A stretch of 64,000 nucleotides of DNA from an uncultured Ruminococcus sp. GTDB taxonomy: Bacteria > Bacillota > Clostridia > Oscillospirales > CAG-272. The position numbers and the translations under genes are program-made. Position 1 is the stretch's first letter; every line of letters starts with the position of its first letter. Below, piece after piece: positions 39,248 to 48,199 of this stretch. The stretch lies in assembly GCA_964634795.1 (NCBI GenBank), contig CAZWLL010000002.1, forward strand, positions 5,836 to 69,835. The letters are read 5' to 3'. The notes beneath the pieces are model-generated. The model did no database searches. It was not told the origin of the DNA and saw nothing but the letters and a program-made list of their open reading frames with translations.

Positions 39248-39970
39248 TTACATCCATCCATCAAGCTCTCTCTTTTCAAGAGCTGTAATTATACGTTTTT
39301 TCAGACCGCGGTGACTTTTCTCGAGCTCCCGTATAACACCCTTAATCTCGGCTCTGTCGGTTTTCCCGTCTTCGGGACACGGAGATTTTATAACGGGCAG
39401 ACCTTCACTTTTCACAAGTGACTTTATATCGGCTTCACGTGTGTATATAAGAGGACGGATAACGGTGATATCGTTATCCGTATATTCTGTAACAGGCGAA
39501 TAACAGCCTATTCTTCCCTCATTCACAAGAGTAAGCATAAAGGTCTCGGCGGCGTCATCGAGATGGTGTCCGAGCGCGAGTCGGCTGGCGTTCAGTTTTT
39601 TCGCACATGAAATAAGCGCTCCTCTTCTCAGCTTTGCGCATAAAGAACACGGATTCTTCTCTTTGCGTACATCGAAAACTATTTCTTTAATTTTTGTATG
39701 CTCAATGTAATAAGGTATATTTTGTGCCGAACAGTATTCCGACAAAGGCGCGTAAATATCACCGACATCCTCAAATCCCATGTCAACGGTTATTCCCACA
39801 ATCGAGAATTTCTTCGGGTAAAATTCCTTTAATCTGTTCAGAACCGCAAGCAATGCTATCGAATCCTTTCCTCCGGACAGTCCTACGGCTATTGTATCCG
39901 ATTCTTCTATCATTTTATATTTGTCAACCGCCTGTCGAACGGTAGAAAGCATATGCTGCATTTCATTCAT
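39248..39970 (-). CDS. ttcA: PP-loop ATPase, tRNA 2-thiocytidine biosynthesis TtcA family
   Basis: SGGKDS PP-loop and the CSLCAKLRRG Cys motif. Confidence 0.75.
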   Translation of the reverse strand: MNEMQHMLSTVRQAVDKYKMIEESDTIAVGLSGGKDSIALLAVLNRLKEFYPKKFSIVGITVDMGFEDVGDIYAPLSEYCSAQNIPYYIEHTKIKEIVFDVRKEKNPCSLCAKLRRGALISCAKKLNASRLALGHHLDDAAETFMLTLVNEGRIGCYSPVTEYTDNDITVIRPLIYTREADIKSLVKSEGLPVIKSPCPEDGKTDRAEIKGVIRELEKSHRGLKKRIITALEKRELDGWM

Positions 39971-40023
39971 AGTTTCAACCTTAATTTATGTTTCTGTCCG
40001 TTCCACTGTGCGGCATATTCATG

Positions 40024-40734
40024 CTACTTTTTATTAAGCAAATCCGGACGTCTTTCTTTTGTTATTTCAAGTGATTTTTCATGCCGCCACTTTTCTATGT
40101 TCGCATGATGGCCTGACAGGAGTACCTCAGGCACTTCCCTGTTCATCCATGTCTGAGGGCGTGTATACTGCGGATATTCAAGAAGATTGTCTTCAAAACT
40201 TTCCTTCTCATAGCACTCCGGCAGCGCAAGCACACCGTCGCAAAGTCTTCCCACAGCATCTGTTATAATACAAGCAGGCAATTCTCCGCCCGTCAAAACA
40301 TAGTCTCCTATAGACATTTCTTCATCGACAATTTCTTCGATAACGCGCTCGTCTATACCCTCGTAATGTCCGCACAAAAGGATAAGATTTTCTTTTTCGG
40401 ACAGCTCTTTCGCAATATTCTGATTGAATGTACGTCCTCTCGGTGACATGTAAATAAGATAAGGCTTTGTTTCTTTATTATCGTCTTTCTTATCCGCCAT
40501 TATCGATTCAACCACCGCATTATAGCATCTCCAAATCGGCGGAGCTGCCATAAGCATCCCTCTCCCGCCGCCATACGGAGTATCATCTACTCTCCTGTGC
40601 TTGTCTTCGGAATAATCACGTATATTGTGAACTCTGACATCAAGCTTTCCGGCACGCCTTGCGCGGCCGATAATGCTCTCGGAAAGTATAGCGTCAACGT
40701 ATTCCGGGAAAAGAGTCATAATATCTATGCGCAT
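40024..40734 (-). CDS. trmD: tRNA (guanine37-N1)-methyltransferase
   Basis: [33 protein letters not shown]. Confidence 0.95.
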   Translation of the reverse strand: MRIDIMTLFPEYVDAILSESIIGRARRAGKLDVRVHNIRDYSEDKHRRVDDTPYGGGRGMLMAAPPIWRCYNAVVESIMADKKDDNKETKPYLIYMSPRGRTFNQNIAKELSEKENLILLCGHYEGIDERVIEEIVDEEMSIGDYVLTGGELPACIITDAVGRLCDGVLALPECYEKESFEDNLLEYPQYTRPQTWMNREVPEVLLSGHHANIEKWRHEKSLEITKERRPDLLNKK

Positions 40735-41252
40735 TATTCCCTCATCCCTTCAATAAGATGAACACTTATGCATCCGTTTACAACGTCGATATCACGAATA
40801 AATTCATTTACTGCGGGAATCATGAATTCTCCGCCGTTCACATCGGAAACAACATATATATCTCGTCCGGCAGGAGATATTACTTCCTTCAATACACCGT
40901 ATTTTTCGTTTGTTGCTTCATCTATAACATCAAGCCCGATCATATCCGCAATGAAAACATCACCTTTTTTTCTTGAAATGTCATCACGGTCGGCATAAAA
41001 TACAGTACCTTTATATTTTATCGCTTCATCAACTGTCTTTATGTTTTCGAATGTTACGAGTACCATATTCTTCTGTACGGCAGACGCCATAACCTTCATC
41101 GGAGCATATTCATTGTTTTGAAGCTTTACATACATTTTTCTCAGCTTCGCAAGTGTTTCCGCATCATTACAGTAGCATTCAAGCTTTAATGTTCCTCTGA
41201 CACCGTGTGTCGATACGGCTTTGCCGCACTCAAGATATTTCTGTACACTCAT
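40734..41252 (-). CDS. rimM: 16S rRNA processing protein RimM
   Basis: [16 protein letters not shown]-terminal motif and a PRC barrel C-terminus, directly upstream of trmD. Confidence 0.9.
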   Translation of the reverse strand: MSVQKYLECGKAVSTHGVRGTLKLECYCNDAETLAKLRKMYVKLQNNEYAPMKVMASAVQKNMVLVTFENIKTVDEAIKYKGTVFYADRDDISRKKGDVFIADMIGLDVIDEATNEKYGVLKEVISPAGRDIYVVSDVNGGEFMIPAVNEFIRDIDVVNGCISVHLIEGMRE

Positions 41253-41324
41253 ATGTTCTATTTCTCCGTATACCCAAAATTATTCATTATAATTATATCA
41301 TAATATTAAAACATTATCAATACG

Positions 41325-41358
41325 AAAATCAGCGTGTACCAAACGGCGCACGCTGATT
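41325..41358 (-). terminator. Intrinsic terminator after the sialidase-fold gene
   Basis: Minus strand AATCAGCGTG-12 nt-CACGCTGATT followed by TTCGTATT. Confidence 0.6.
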
Positions 41359-41366
41359 ATAATATA

Positions 41367-42326
41367 TCATATTTCTATTCTCACAAACATCACGGATATT
41401 CTGTTATACGTAAATGTCACAAGCAGTTCCCCATTGTTGTATAATACCGCGGGATATGACAGCTCTCCTCCGTCCTCTTTCATTATGTCGAATGCATATT
41501 CAAAGCTGTCTCCTCCGTTTTCGGAAACAAGGAGAGATATCGGTGATCTATCACCTGTATCTACGGGATTGCAGACGAGAAATATCCTGCCGTCGGGAGA
41601 CGAGTCAAGATCTATTCCGCTGTTATTGCTCGGAACATCGATAGGATATGCATCCGAAAAAATCAGTTTTTCTTTGTCTGCATCCGAGCGGAATATCTTT
41701 CCGTTTTTTGATCGCATTAATGCGTGAATTCCGTTATCATCACACCATAACGCAGGCTGGATAAGCTTAATTTTCTCTCCGTCGCATAAATATTGTCCGC
41801 GCTCCCATGTCGCGCATCCGTCACGGGAAATATCGATAAACGCGCGCCATACACTTTCTCTGTCGCTTGTTTCGTGCGAAGCTCCTGCAATTACAGTTCC
41901 GTCGGACAATATAAGCGGTTTATTTTTCACGGGACCTCGTCCGCCGCTTCTGTCTCCGTCTACAAGCTCAACAGGTTCCGTCCATGTATATCCGTCATCA
42001 TATGAATATCTGACAAGAGTTTTCCATTCGGGAATCGTTGAACCTTTTTTGTAGCATAATACGATTTTACCGTCGATTTTGAACAGAACGGGGTTCCAGC
42101 ACGCTATATTATCCTTTACCGAAATCATCCTCGGTTCTGTCCATATGCCGCTTGATTTGTCTCTTCTGGACAAGTATATTTCGACGTCATCTGCTTTCTC
42201 ATGTTCGCCGCCAAACCATGCAGCTAAAATGTCACCGTTATCCGCTGCGCAGACAGTCGATGCGTGACATGAGTTTGTCACTCTTTTTTCTATCGGAAAA
42301 ATCAGTGTTTTTTCTGTTATTTTCAT
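41367..42326 (-). CDS. Sialidase/BNR (Asp-box) beta-propeller family protein, no signal peptide
   Basis: Asp-box motifs SYDDGYTW, SRDGCATW, SENGGDSF. 319 aa with no N-terminal hydrophobic leader. Confidence 0.6.
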   Translation of the reverse strand: MKITEKTLIFPIEKRVTNSCHASTVCAADNGDILAAWFGGEHEKADDVEIYLSRRDKSSGIWTEPRMISVKDNIACWNPVLFKIDGKIVLCYKKGSTIPEWKTLVRYSYDDGYTWTEPVELVDGDRSGGRGPVKNKPLILSDGTVIAGASHETSDRESVWRAFIDISRDGCATWERGQYLCDGEKIKLIQPALWCDDNGIHALMRSKNGKIFRSDADKEKLIFSDAYPIDVPSNNSGIDLDSSPDGRIFLVCNPVDTGDRSPISLLVSENGGDSFEYAFDIMKEDGGELSYPAVLYNNGELLVTFTYNRISVMFVRIEI

Positions 42327-42327
42327 A

Positions 42328-43284
42328 TCACAATCCTAAGCGATTTATCATGTCTTCAGTTAATTCATGCAGCTGATCAACACACATCATTTGATATTTA
42401 TTCAGCCTTGTTTTATCACATGATCTGCTTTCGAGAGTCATATTTATTCCTTCATGCGCCGCGAAATTATATTTTGCACTTACGGGGTATGCAAGAGACT
42501 CCGTAAATGCGGTTATGCTCAAAAACGAACCGACAAGAGACGCCTTTTCATTATTTATATTATGTGTCAGCCAGGAATATATTGTCGGTTGAAAATTAGC
42601 CATAACACCGCAAAAGCCTGCAGCTCCGTGCAGCATCGACTGATAAAGCGTTTCGGCATTAGCGTTAAACAGCATCAGATTGCTTCCGCGAACAATATCA
42701 AGCCGTCTCTCGATTTCATCCTCATCACAGCATGTATCCTTGATAAAACGAAATCTTCCGGTTGAAAGACACCACTCCAAGATTTTGGGAGTTATCAATC
42801 TCTTATATGGTACGGGGCATTCATAGAGACCGAGTGCAATATCGTCTGGGATTGAGTCGATTATTTTCTCCGCATCCTTTATCCAGTTTTCATCGGATGT
42901 ATTTTCTATATCAAGTCGGTTGGTTATTAATATGACAGCGTCCGCACCGCTTTCGGCTATTCGGTTGAGCTCACGTATCTGGTCATCACGTTTTTCGGAT
43001 ACATGTCCCGACGCGACAATCGTCATTGCTTTTCTGCTGTGATCACAGGCTGCAAGCTCTTTTGCTTTTTTCACAACAGCATTCGCCAATGATACTCGTT
43101 CGTCTTCATTTAGATACCATATTTCACTTGACTGACAAACGGCAAAGATACCGTCGCAATTATTATTCCAATACCATTCTACAAGTCTGTCTACAGCCTC
43201 AAAATCGATTTTTCCGTTATCTAGGTAGGGCGTAATCATCGTAGGATATGATCCCTGCGCGTAATTATCATGTGCATATGTCAT
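42328..43284 (-). CDS. Dihydrodipicolinate synthase / N-acetylneuraminate lyase family (class I aldolase) protein
   Basis: DHDPS-family pattern with the Schiff-base Lys context FRFIKDTC. Its stop lies 1 nt upstream of the sialidase-fold gene start. Confidence 0.75.
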   Translation of the reverse strand: MTYAHDNYAQGSYPTMITPYLDNGKIDFEAVDRLVEWYWNNNCDGIFAVCQSSEIWYLNEDERVSLANAVVKKAKELAACDHSRKAMTIVASGHVSEKRDDQIRELNRIAESGADAVILITNRLDIENTSDENWIKDAEKIIDSIPDDIALGLYECPVPYKRLITPKILEWCLSTGRFRFIKDTCCDEDEIERRLDIVRGSNLMLFNANAETLYQSMLHGAAGFCGVMANFQPTIYSWLTHNINNEKASLVGSFLSITAFTESLAYPVSAKYNFAAHEGINMTLESRSCDKTRLNKYQMMCVDQLHELTEDMINRLGL

Positions 43285-43372
43285 AATTGTTTCCTCTCTT
43301 CATTCAGTCATGAAAATTCCACGGAGTAAGGTGCATCACTCTGCTCATAAGATGAATTTTATTGTCATTTTT

Positions 43373-43401
43373 ATAATAGCAATTAAGATTGTAATTGTCA
43401 A
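43373..43401 (-). promoter_or_regulatory. Candidate promoter of the DHDPS-family/sialidase-fold pair
   Basis: Minus strand TTGACA-17 nt-TATTAT. Confidence 0.45.
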
Positions 43402-43410
43402 GTATTTCTA

Positions 43411-44121
43411 TTATATCACATCGACTGTTTTCGACTGCGCAATGCTCATTCTGTGCCAGTTAATAAATCCGTATAAATCGTTTACGAAAAACATTACAAA
43501 GCATACGACTACCGATAAATACGACCTATTGCTTATTGAAGCCAGTACCCAAAGTATAATTAACACCACATCGTTCGCCGCATAAGCCAGCGCGAAATAT
43601 TTGCTCCGCCTGAAAGTAAGATATACTGCCGCAAAGCTTGTTGTTACCGATATCGTACTCGGGATGATATTGGCGGTATTAAAACTGTCGAGAATAAAAT
43701 AAAATCCGAATGTTACAGCCAAAGTCAGAACTGACATGAAAACAAATTCTTTAACACTCAGTTTATTCACCTCAACCTGTGCATGGTTGCCGTTATACGG
43801 ATTGCGAATCCACGAAATAAGCGCAAACAATGCCATAGGACCCGTCATCCCGAGGTAGGTTATCATTTCCCCGTAATATGAAAACGAATATGATATTATT
43901 CCGTAAAGAATACTGAATATAATAGCGAAAACCTGTCCTATCGGGTTGCCTTTTGCGTTTAAAATGAGCATTGTCGCTCCGACTATCGATGCACACAGTG
44001 TTAGTACACTGCCCGAATTCCATAACAGGTAAGTTGTGATAATAAGTGTGACAGATGTAAAATAGAGGATAAGCTCTCCGAGGGTAAAGTATCTTGTCAG
44101 CTTATCAAACATTCTTTTCAT
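43411..44121 (-). CDS. pnuC: Nicotinamide riboside (PnuC-family) transporter
   Basis: Multi-TM protein ending in FFVNDLYGFINW, typical of PnuC. Start set at the ATG at 44121 (MKRMFDKL) with GGAGG just upstream. Confidence 0.7.
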   Translation of the reverse strand: MKRMFDKLTRYFTLGELILYFTSVTLIITTYLLWNSGSVLTLCASIVGATMLILNAKGNPIGQVFAIIFSILYGIISYSFSYYGEMITYLGMTGPMALFALISWIRNPYNGNHAQVEVNKLSVKEFVFMSVLTLAVTFGFYFILDSFNTANIIPSTISVTTSFAAVYLTFRRSKYFALAYAANDVVLIILWVLASISNRSYLSVVVCFVMFFVNDLYGFINWHRMSIAQSKTVDVI

Positions 44122-44130
44122 TTTTCCTCC

Positions 44131-44189
44131 AAAAAGAAAAGCGTTCGCGGGCACATCTTCAAAGACCTAACGATGTGCGGCGAATGCTT
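44131..44189 (-). terminator. Leader (attenuator) terminator between the pnuC promoter and the pnuC RBS
   Basis: Minus strand AAGCAUUCGC-C-GCACAUC-13 nt loop-GAUGUGC-CC-GCGAACGCUU, then UUUUCUUUUU, immediately followed by GGAGG and the ATG. Confidence 0.55.
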
Positions 44190-44226
44190 GATTATCAGCA
44201 TTATTCTACCCGGTGGCAGTTATCGC

Positions 44227-44255
44227 ATTATAACATAGATTATACATTATGTCAA
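44227..44255 (-). promoter_or_regulatory. Candidate sigma-A promoter of pnuC
   Basis: Minus strand TTGACA-17 nt-TATAAT (consensus in both hexamers). Confidence 0.55.
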
Positions 44256-44349
44256 GTTTTTTTGCGTATTTATTACCGAAACAACCGTGTATCGATATGT
44301 CTCGGAATAAAATTTTTATCATTATTATATTTATTTATACGCCGTTTTG

Positions 44350-44358
44350 TGGTATAAT
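44350..44358 (+). promoter_or_regulatory. Extended -10 element upstream of asnB
   Basis: TGGTATAAT about 45 nt upstream of the asnB ATG. Confidence 0.4.
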
Positions 44359-44401
44359 ATTTTTTATGAATGTATAAAACTCAAACTGAAAGGCAGACTA
44401 T

Positions 44402-46240
44402 ATGTGCGGATTTATTGGATTTACCGGAATAATTGACCATCGTGAGGATGTAATCCGTAGAATGGCTGAAAGAATCATACACCGCGGTCCTGATTCGGGT
44501 GGTTTTCACTTCAGCGGAACCGATGACAATGACAGCATCACCCTCGGATTCAGACGTCTTTCTATTATCGATTTGTCGGACGGATCACAGCCGATGTATA
44601 ACGAAGACGGCAGTGTTGTAATCGTATACAACGGAGAAGTTTACAATTTCATGGAGCTTCGTGATGAGCTTATCACATGTGGTCACGTATTCAAAACCCG
44701 CTGTGACACTGAGGTTATAATTCACGGATACGAAGAATGGGGCGTTAAAATTGCCGAAAAGCTTAGAGGTATGTTTGCGTTTGTTATTTGGGATAAGAAA
44801 ACAAACACTCTTTACGGCGCACGTGATCCATTCGGTATAAAGCCTTTCTACTACACAAAGCTTAAATCGGGACTCGTTTTCGGCTCGGAAATCAAAAGCT
44901 TTCTCGAGCATCCGGAGTTTAAACCCGAAGTAAATGAGAATTCTCTCAGACCGTATCTTACATTCCAATATTCTTCGCTCGAGGAAACATTCTTTAAGGG
45001 TGTGTTCAAGCTTCCGCCTGCTCACTATTTCACATACAGCAACGGCAAGATGGAAAAAACACGTTATTTCAACTTCGATTTCACAAAAAAGACGTCTGTC
45101 TCTTATGACGAATGTGCGGAGCTCATAGACAAACGCATTCACGAATCGGTTACCGCCCACAGAATAAGTGATGTAAAGGTCGGCTCTTTCCTCTCAGGCG
45201 GTGTCGATTCATCATACATAACTGCGGTACTCATGCCGAATGATACGTTTTCCGTCGGTTTCAATTACGAAAAGTTCGACGAAACAAATGAAGCAAAAGA
45301 GCTTTCCGAAAGACTCGGTGTTAAGAATTATCTGAAACACATTACCGCAGATGAGTGCTTTGACGCGTTTCCTACCATACAGTACCACATGGATGAACCT
45401 CAATCGAATCCGTCGTCTGTTCCTCTGTATTTTTTGGCACAGCTTGCGGCACAGCATGTCACCGTTGTTCTCTCAGGTGAGGGAGCTGATGAAATATATG
45501 CTGGATACGAATGGTATGACGAAACACCGCTTATGCGCAAGTATAAGAAAATACCCGCTTGCATCAGACACGGTGCCGCGAATATCACAAAAAAGCTGCC
45601 GTATTTTAAGGGCCATGACTTTATAATCAAATCAAGCGGCAGACCCGAGGATTACTTTATCGGACAAGCTTTGGTATTTCCCGAGAATGAAGCGTACAGC
45701 ATTCTACGCGACAAATACAAGGTCGGACCGTGCGCACACGATGTAACTAAACCGATTTATGATGAGGTCAAAGACCTCTCGGAGCTTGAAAAAAAGCAAT
45801 ATCTCGATCTCAATCTTTGGCTGCCCGGCGATATTCTGCTCAAAGCCGATAAAATGAGCATGGCGCACTCTCTCGAATTGAGAGTTCCCTATCTTGATAA
45901 AATAGTAATGCAGGAAGCACAAACCATTCCCGCATCATACAAAATCAACGGACAGGACACAAAAGCCGTATTAAGAACCGCGGCTAACAAAACACTTCCC
46001 GACGAATGGGCTCACAGACCCAAAAAAGGCTTCCCTGTTCCGATTCGCAACTGGCTCAGAGAAGATAAATATTACAACATAGTAAAGAAATCATTCACGT
46101 CCGATGCCGCCGCAGAATATTTTGACGCGAATGCACTCATAAAGCTTCTTGACGATCACAAAAACGGAAGCGTCAACAATCAAAGAAAAATCTGGACTGC
46201 CTATACTTTCTTGACATGGCACGAGCAGTTCATTAAATAA
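44402..46240 (+). CDS. asnB: Asparagine synthase (glutamine-hydrolysing) family amidotransferase
   Basis: N-terminal MCGFIGF (Cys2 nucleophile) and the PP-loop FLSGGVDSS. Confidence 0.9.
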   Translation: MCGFIGFTGIIDHREDVIRRMAERIIHRGPDSGGFHFSGTDDNDSITLGFRRLSIIDLSDGSQPMYNEDGSVVIVYNGEVYNFMELRDELITCGHVFKTRCDTEVIIHGYEEWGVKIAEKLRGMFAFVIWDKKTNTLYGARDPFGIKPFYYTKLKSGLVFGSEIKSFLEHPEFKPEVNENSLRPYLTFQYSSLEETFFKGVFKLPPAHYFTYSNGKMEKTRYFNFDFTKKTSVSYDECAELIDKRIHESVTAHRISDVKVGSFLSGGVDSSYITAVLMPNDTFSVGFNYEKFDETNEAKELSERLGVKNYLKHITADECFDAFPTIQYHMDEPQSNPSSVPLYFLAQLAAQHVTVVLSGEGADEIYAGYEWYDETPLMRKYKKIPACIRHGAANITKKLPYFKGHDFIIKSSGRPEDYFIGQALVFPENEAYSILRDKYKVGPCAHDVTKPIYDEVKDLSELEKKQYLDLNLWLPGDILLKADKMSMAHSLELRVPYLDKIVMQEAQTIPASYKINGQDTKAVLRTAANKTLPDEWAHRPKKGFPVPIRNWLREDKYYNIVKKSFTSDAAAEYFDANALIKLLDDHKNGSVNNQRKIWTAYTFLTWHEQFIK

Positions 46241-46259
46241 CATTACAGAGGAATATATC

Positions 46260-47492
46260 ATGTCTCAAACTATAGTACCTGTTCTTTTGGGAGCAGACCT
46301 TAACTGCTACAATGTAGCCCGCGCGTTTCATATGCAGTACGGTGTTAAATCATATGCTTTCGCAAGATATGCGATTTCAGCTACCAAGTATTCCAAAATA
46401 GTACATTTCACATGTGTTCCCAATATCGACACTGACAGTGTTATGCTTGATGTTCTGCACCGCTTTGCCGATGCGCATATCGGTGACAGAATGGTGCTTT
46501 TCGGATGCACCGATGATTATGTTGCCATGATTATCCGTAATCGCGATGAGCTCTCTGATTTCGTTATTCCGTACCCGCCCAAGGAAATGCTCACAACGGT
46601 TTCGAAAAAAGCCGAATTTTATGAAACGTGCGATAAATTCGGAATTCCTCATCCCGATACTGTAGTTCTCACCGACAAAACCGATACCGACTCGATAACC
46701 GCGGATAAGTTGGGATTCTCTTATCCTATAATCGTAAAACCGTCATCAAGTGTTGACTACTGGAAGCATTCATTTGACGGAATGAAAAAGGTATACACTG
46801 CCACATCTCCCGAGGAAGCCGCCGAAATTATCAACAGAATATATGCGGCAGGATATCCCGAAAAGATGATACTGCAGGAGCTCATAGCAGGCGGTGACTC
46901 GCAAATGAGAGTTTTCACCTGCTTCTCCGACAAAAACGGAAAAGTACGTGCTATGTGCCTCGGACATACAATGCTTGAAGAGCATACTCCGAAAGGTCTC
47001 GGAAATCATGCCGCGATAGTAACCGAACCTGTATCTTCCCTTCCGATTGCGGATAAAATCAAGGATATGCTTGAAGCTCTCGGATATACAGGCTTCTCAA
47101 ACTTCGATATAAAACTGCGCGAAAACACAAAAGATGATTATCGTGTATTCGAGATTAACCTTCGTCAAGGCAGAAGCAACTTCTATCTGACATCCGCGGG
47201 TCTTAATGTTGCTTATCTCGCAAATGAAGTATACGAATCCGCAGGTAACGACTGTAATAAAGTTGAAAAGGTTGTATTTTGGCACCATATTCCGAAAAGT
47301 ACCGCTTACAAGTACACAGAAGACAAGACTCTTGTCGAAAAGGCAAAATCTCTCTCAAAACAAGGCTTGGAATATTCTTCGGTATGGTATACGCCCGACA
47401 TGAGATTCAATCCGCTCAGAATAATTTGCGTACTCGAGCAGCTCAGACGACAGAAAGGCAAATTTAAAAAATATTATCCGGTGAAAAAATAA
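46260..47492 (+). CDS. ATP-grasp carboxylate-amine ligase, D-aspartate ligase (Aslfm)-like
   Basis: VPVLLGADLNCYNVARAF..., MRVFTCF...CLGHTMLEEHTP, and FEINLRQGRSNFYLT resemble the enterococcal/lactococcal D-Asp ligase family as I remember it. Confidence 0.65.
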   Translation: MSQTIVPVLLGADLNCYNVARAFHMQYGVKSYAFARYAISATKYSKIVHFTCVPNIDTDSVMLDVLHRFADAHIGDRMVLFGCTDDYVAMIIRNRDELSDFVIPYPPKEMLTTVSKKAEFYETCDKFGIPHPDTVVLTDKTDTDSITADKLGFSYPIIVKPSSSVDYWKHSFDGMKKVYTATSPEEAAEIINRIYAAGYPEKMILQELIAGGDSQMRVFTCFSDKNGKVRAMCLGHTMLEEHTPKGLGNHAAIVTEPVSSLPIADKIKDMLEALGYTGFSNFDIKLRENTKDDYRVFEINLRQGRSNFYLTSAGLNVAYLANEVYESAGNDCNKVEKVVFWHHIPKSTAYKYTEDKTLVEKAKSLSKQGLEYSSVWYTPDMRFNPLRIICVLEQLRRQKGKFKKYYPVKK

Positions 47493-48199
47493 TGAAAGAT
47501 AAAAACCGTAAATTGCTCGGTGTTATAGGAGGGCTCGGCCCTGCATCAAGCGCGTATTTTTACGAGCTCATTACCGAACATACCAAAGCAGAGAGGGATC
47601 AGGATCATATTGACATGATTCTCTCAAGCCGCGCCACGACACCGGACCGCACAGACTATATTCTCGGCAGAAGCAATGTAAGTCCTCTTCCGATAATGAT
47701 TGAAGATGCGAAAGCACTTGAAGAATACGGTGCCACCGCAATTGTTATACCGTGCAATACCGCTCACTATTTTATTGACGAGGTCAGAAAATCCGTAAGT
47801 GTTCCTATGCCGAGCATAATAGAAGAAACCGTAAAATACATTAAGGAACGCGGTTTCAAAAAAGCCGCTATTCTTGCTACAGAAGGAACAATTCACGCGG
47901 GTGCGTACCAGCATGAATTTCTGAAGCAAGGACTCGGATGCATGGTTCCCGATGACAACGGGAAAGCGAAACTCATGGATTTAATTTACAACAAAGTAAA
48001 AAAAGGCGTTATTCCCGAACCTGAGGAGCTGTACGCAATAGTAAACCCGATGTTTGACGCGGGATGTGACTGCGCTATACTCGGATGCACTGAGCTTTCT
48101 CTGATCGGTAAAAAAATGACCGATGACAAGAGAATTATAGATTCACTTACAGTACTTGCATACTGCTCCATTAAACTGATGGGACACGAGGTTATTTAA
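47492..48199 (+). CDS. Asp/Glu/hydantoin racemase family protein, aspartate racemase-like
   Basis: GVIGGLGPASS plus two catalytic Cys contexts (IPCNTAHYF, ILGCTELS). ATGA-type junction with the ligase gene. Confidence 0.8.
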   Translation: MKDKNRKLLGVIGGLGPASSAYFYELITEHTKAERDQDHIDMILSSRATTPDRTDYILGRSNVSPLPIMIEDAKALEEYGATAIVIPCNTAHYFIDEVRKSVSVPMPSIIEETVKYIKERGFKKAAILATEGTIHAGAYQHEFLKQGLGCMVPDDNGKAKLMDLIYNKVKKGVIPEPEELYAIVNPMFDAGCDCAILGCTELSLIGKKMTDDKRIIDSLTVLAYCSIKLMGHEVI

